A DNA stretch of 64,000 bases. It comes from Callorhinchus milii. Taxonomy: Eukaryota. The DNA is taken from NCBI RefSeq assembly GCF_018977255.1, contig NW_024704743.1:3970001-4034000 (forward strand), given 5' to 3'. Made by a program: the position numbers and the translations under genes. Shown one piece after another: positions 62,330 to 64,000 of this stretch; positions within the stretch are counted from its first letter, which is position 1, and each line of letters opens with the position of its first letter. Below the pieces are notes generated by a model, which saw only the letters and a program-made list of their open reading frames with translations, was not told the DNA's origin and did no database searches.

Positions 62330-62660
62330 CGTTCGTCTGGGGCTTGCTGGCCAGGACGCAAGGAGAAACTCCTTTTTTCGAACAGTGCCACGAGATCTTT
62401 AACGTGAACCTGAACAGCCACAGACAGGACAAAGGGCAAAAGTAACTGCAGATGTTGGGAATCTGGTATAAACACAGATGTCGCTGGGAACAGGCAGCAG
62501 GTCAGGCAGCGTCCATGGAGAGAGGAAAATGAGTTAACGTTTTCAAGGTCAGACTGGAGTGTCAGTCCAGAAGCTGAGGCTAAGTCCCAACATGGGGTTG
62601 AACCCACAACCTCTTTCCGACTCAAGAGACGAGAGTGCTACCTACTGAGCCAGACTGTCG
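62330..62660 (-). mobile_element. Deu-domain SINE interrupted by a PLE terminal fragment
   Basis: Deu core at 62345-62420; tRNA-like head at 62555-62655. Confidence 0.7.
62435..62550 (-). mobile_element. Penelope-like terminal-repeat fragment (3' half of the hammerhead only)
   Basis: cagcaggtcaggcagcgtccatggagagaggaaaatgagttaacgtttt; homologous to 3698-3800. Confidence 0.75.
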
Positions 62661-62779
62661 CTTAAGCTTGTCGCTGTCTGGCCATCAAACGTCTCACGCT
62701 CAGGAAGACTCCACGAACTTCTCATTCCCCCACTTCCTCGCACCCCCCCCCCCCCACCCACCCACCCCCTAAAAATAAA

Positions 62780-63330
62780 GGAGGAATAGGGCTAAAATGT
62801 CGTGAAAGCATCTAATGAGGGAAAAAAAAACATCCTCAGCACAGAGAGCAATCGTGCCCTGCAACATCAAAGAATATCGCTGGGTCCAGAACGGAGTCTT
62901 TGACACCGCGGAGATGATGCTGTGAGATTAAACTACATGTGTCAGTGCCTCCTGTCAGGGAACAGCGGTTGTAGCTCACAAGAGGAAGCAAAGTTCATGA
63001 TTATTCAATGAAGGCGCCCGCGTTCAAACTGCTGCAATGTGAATTATCAGCCGGCAATCTGAATGATTCCCGCAGCCCCCTGACATAAAACAAAATAAGT
63101 GATGTATAATTCCCGCAAGGAATTGTCAGATAAAACCATCGACACTCCAAAGCAGTGTTGAATTTCCAACCGACTTCAGGAGAGCACGTTATTCTTATCC
63201 GTGATGGCCTCGTTTTTCTCCCCTTTATGTCCTCCTCGACAGAACTGCAAGCAGCTTACCGGTTGACCGCGCGACCGGCGAAGGTGGCGATAAAATGCTA
63301 ATTAATAATCATCGCTCGTTCGTTCGATTT
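62780..63330. promoter_or_regulatory. Candidate conserved non-coding element
   Basis: Repeat-free; ACATCAAAG (TCF-like), TGTCA, CATAAA and TAATTA motifs. Confidence 0.3.
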
Positions 63331-63409
63331 AACGGTCTCTCACGCCGGGGAAAGCACGTGGCAGAGCACTTCTCAGCGGATTTCCCGTCGAGTCAAGTGA
63401 CTAGGATTA

Positions 63410-63755
63410 TCGGAGATGAAGGCAGCGGCCAATTTGTGTCAGCGATGGTCCCAGAAACAGCCGGGAAGTGAACGACCAATTTTATTTGGGGGGATTGTTG
63501 GCCAGGACACAAGGAGAAGCCCCCTTCTCTTTTTGAGTAATGCCACGGGGGCTTTAACAATCTGTCTCCTTGGATATCTGTTGAACATCTCAACCAAAGG
63601 ATGTCACCTCCGACAATGCAGCAACGACAACAACTTGCATTCATACAGCAAGCCCCACTCCCCCCCCCCCCCACCAATCCCCCCTCCACCCCCACCAGCC
63701 CTCTGAAACTTCTGACTTAGAGGCAAGAGAGTGCTGCCAACCAAGCCAGGCTGAT
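63410..63755 (-). mobile_element. Deu-domain SINE
   Basis: gaccaattttatt...ttggccaggacac...tgccacgg...cttctgacttagaggcaagagagtgct. Confidence 0.7.
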
Positions 63756-64000
63756 ACATTTTGTAGGCGAACGGGGCAACCAATTTGCCCGGGTGGGGGG
63801 GGGGGGGTTTGTCCCGCAAATAGCCGTGAGGTGAATAACCAATTTAACTGGCGATTGGCTGATACCGCCAGTCTCGCTGCCAGAAATCTCGTTTCGATCC
63901 CTAACGTGGTGCTTCTCCGATGTCGAGGACATACCAATGGAATGAGGCAGAAGAGGTTAGGCATTATTTTTATTTAGGGCATCACCTTATCGCAGCTCTG

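Noticed and set aside
1..64000. CRISPR array or prokaryotic operon-type system
   Set aside because: No regularly spaced repeat-spacer units and no gene-dense coding DNA; the repeats are dispersed eukaryotic retroposons.

Overview
Non-coding, repeat-rich vertebrate DNA, most likely from a cartilaginous fish (holocephalan/chimaera-type). That assignment is inferred only from the repeat families and was not checked against a database. No host protein-coding exon could be identified with confidence; the ORF track is almost entirely chance ORFs or transposon remnants. The window is dominated by (i) dozens of copies of a young tRNA-Ala-headed SINE with a CORE-like segment, a partial Deu-like segment and an L2-type 3' stem-loop/(TTA)n tail, (ii) older Deu-domain SINEs (SacSINE1/AmnSINE1-like), (iii) 5'-truncated L2 and CR1 LINE remnants, (iv) Penelope-like element remnants, including a decayed GIY-YIG endonuclease and three terminal-repeat fragments with degenerate minimal hammerhead-ribozyme cores, (v) a ~190-bp MITE-like family and a ~400-bp repeat family I could not classify. 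Between the repeats lie many AT-rich, repeat-free 300-600 bp blocks dense in homeodomain/POU/TALE motifs that look like conserved non-coding enhancers, suggesting a gene desert or giant intron of a developmental regulator. The most notable local event is a 173-bp templated duplication inserted inside a SINE tail. Repeat boundaries were read by eye and are approximate.
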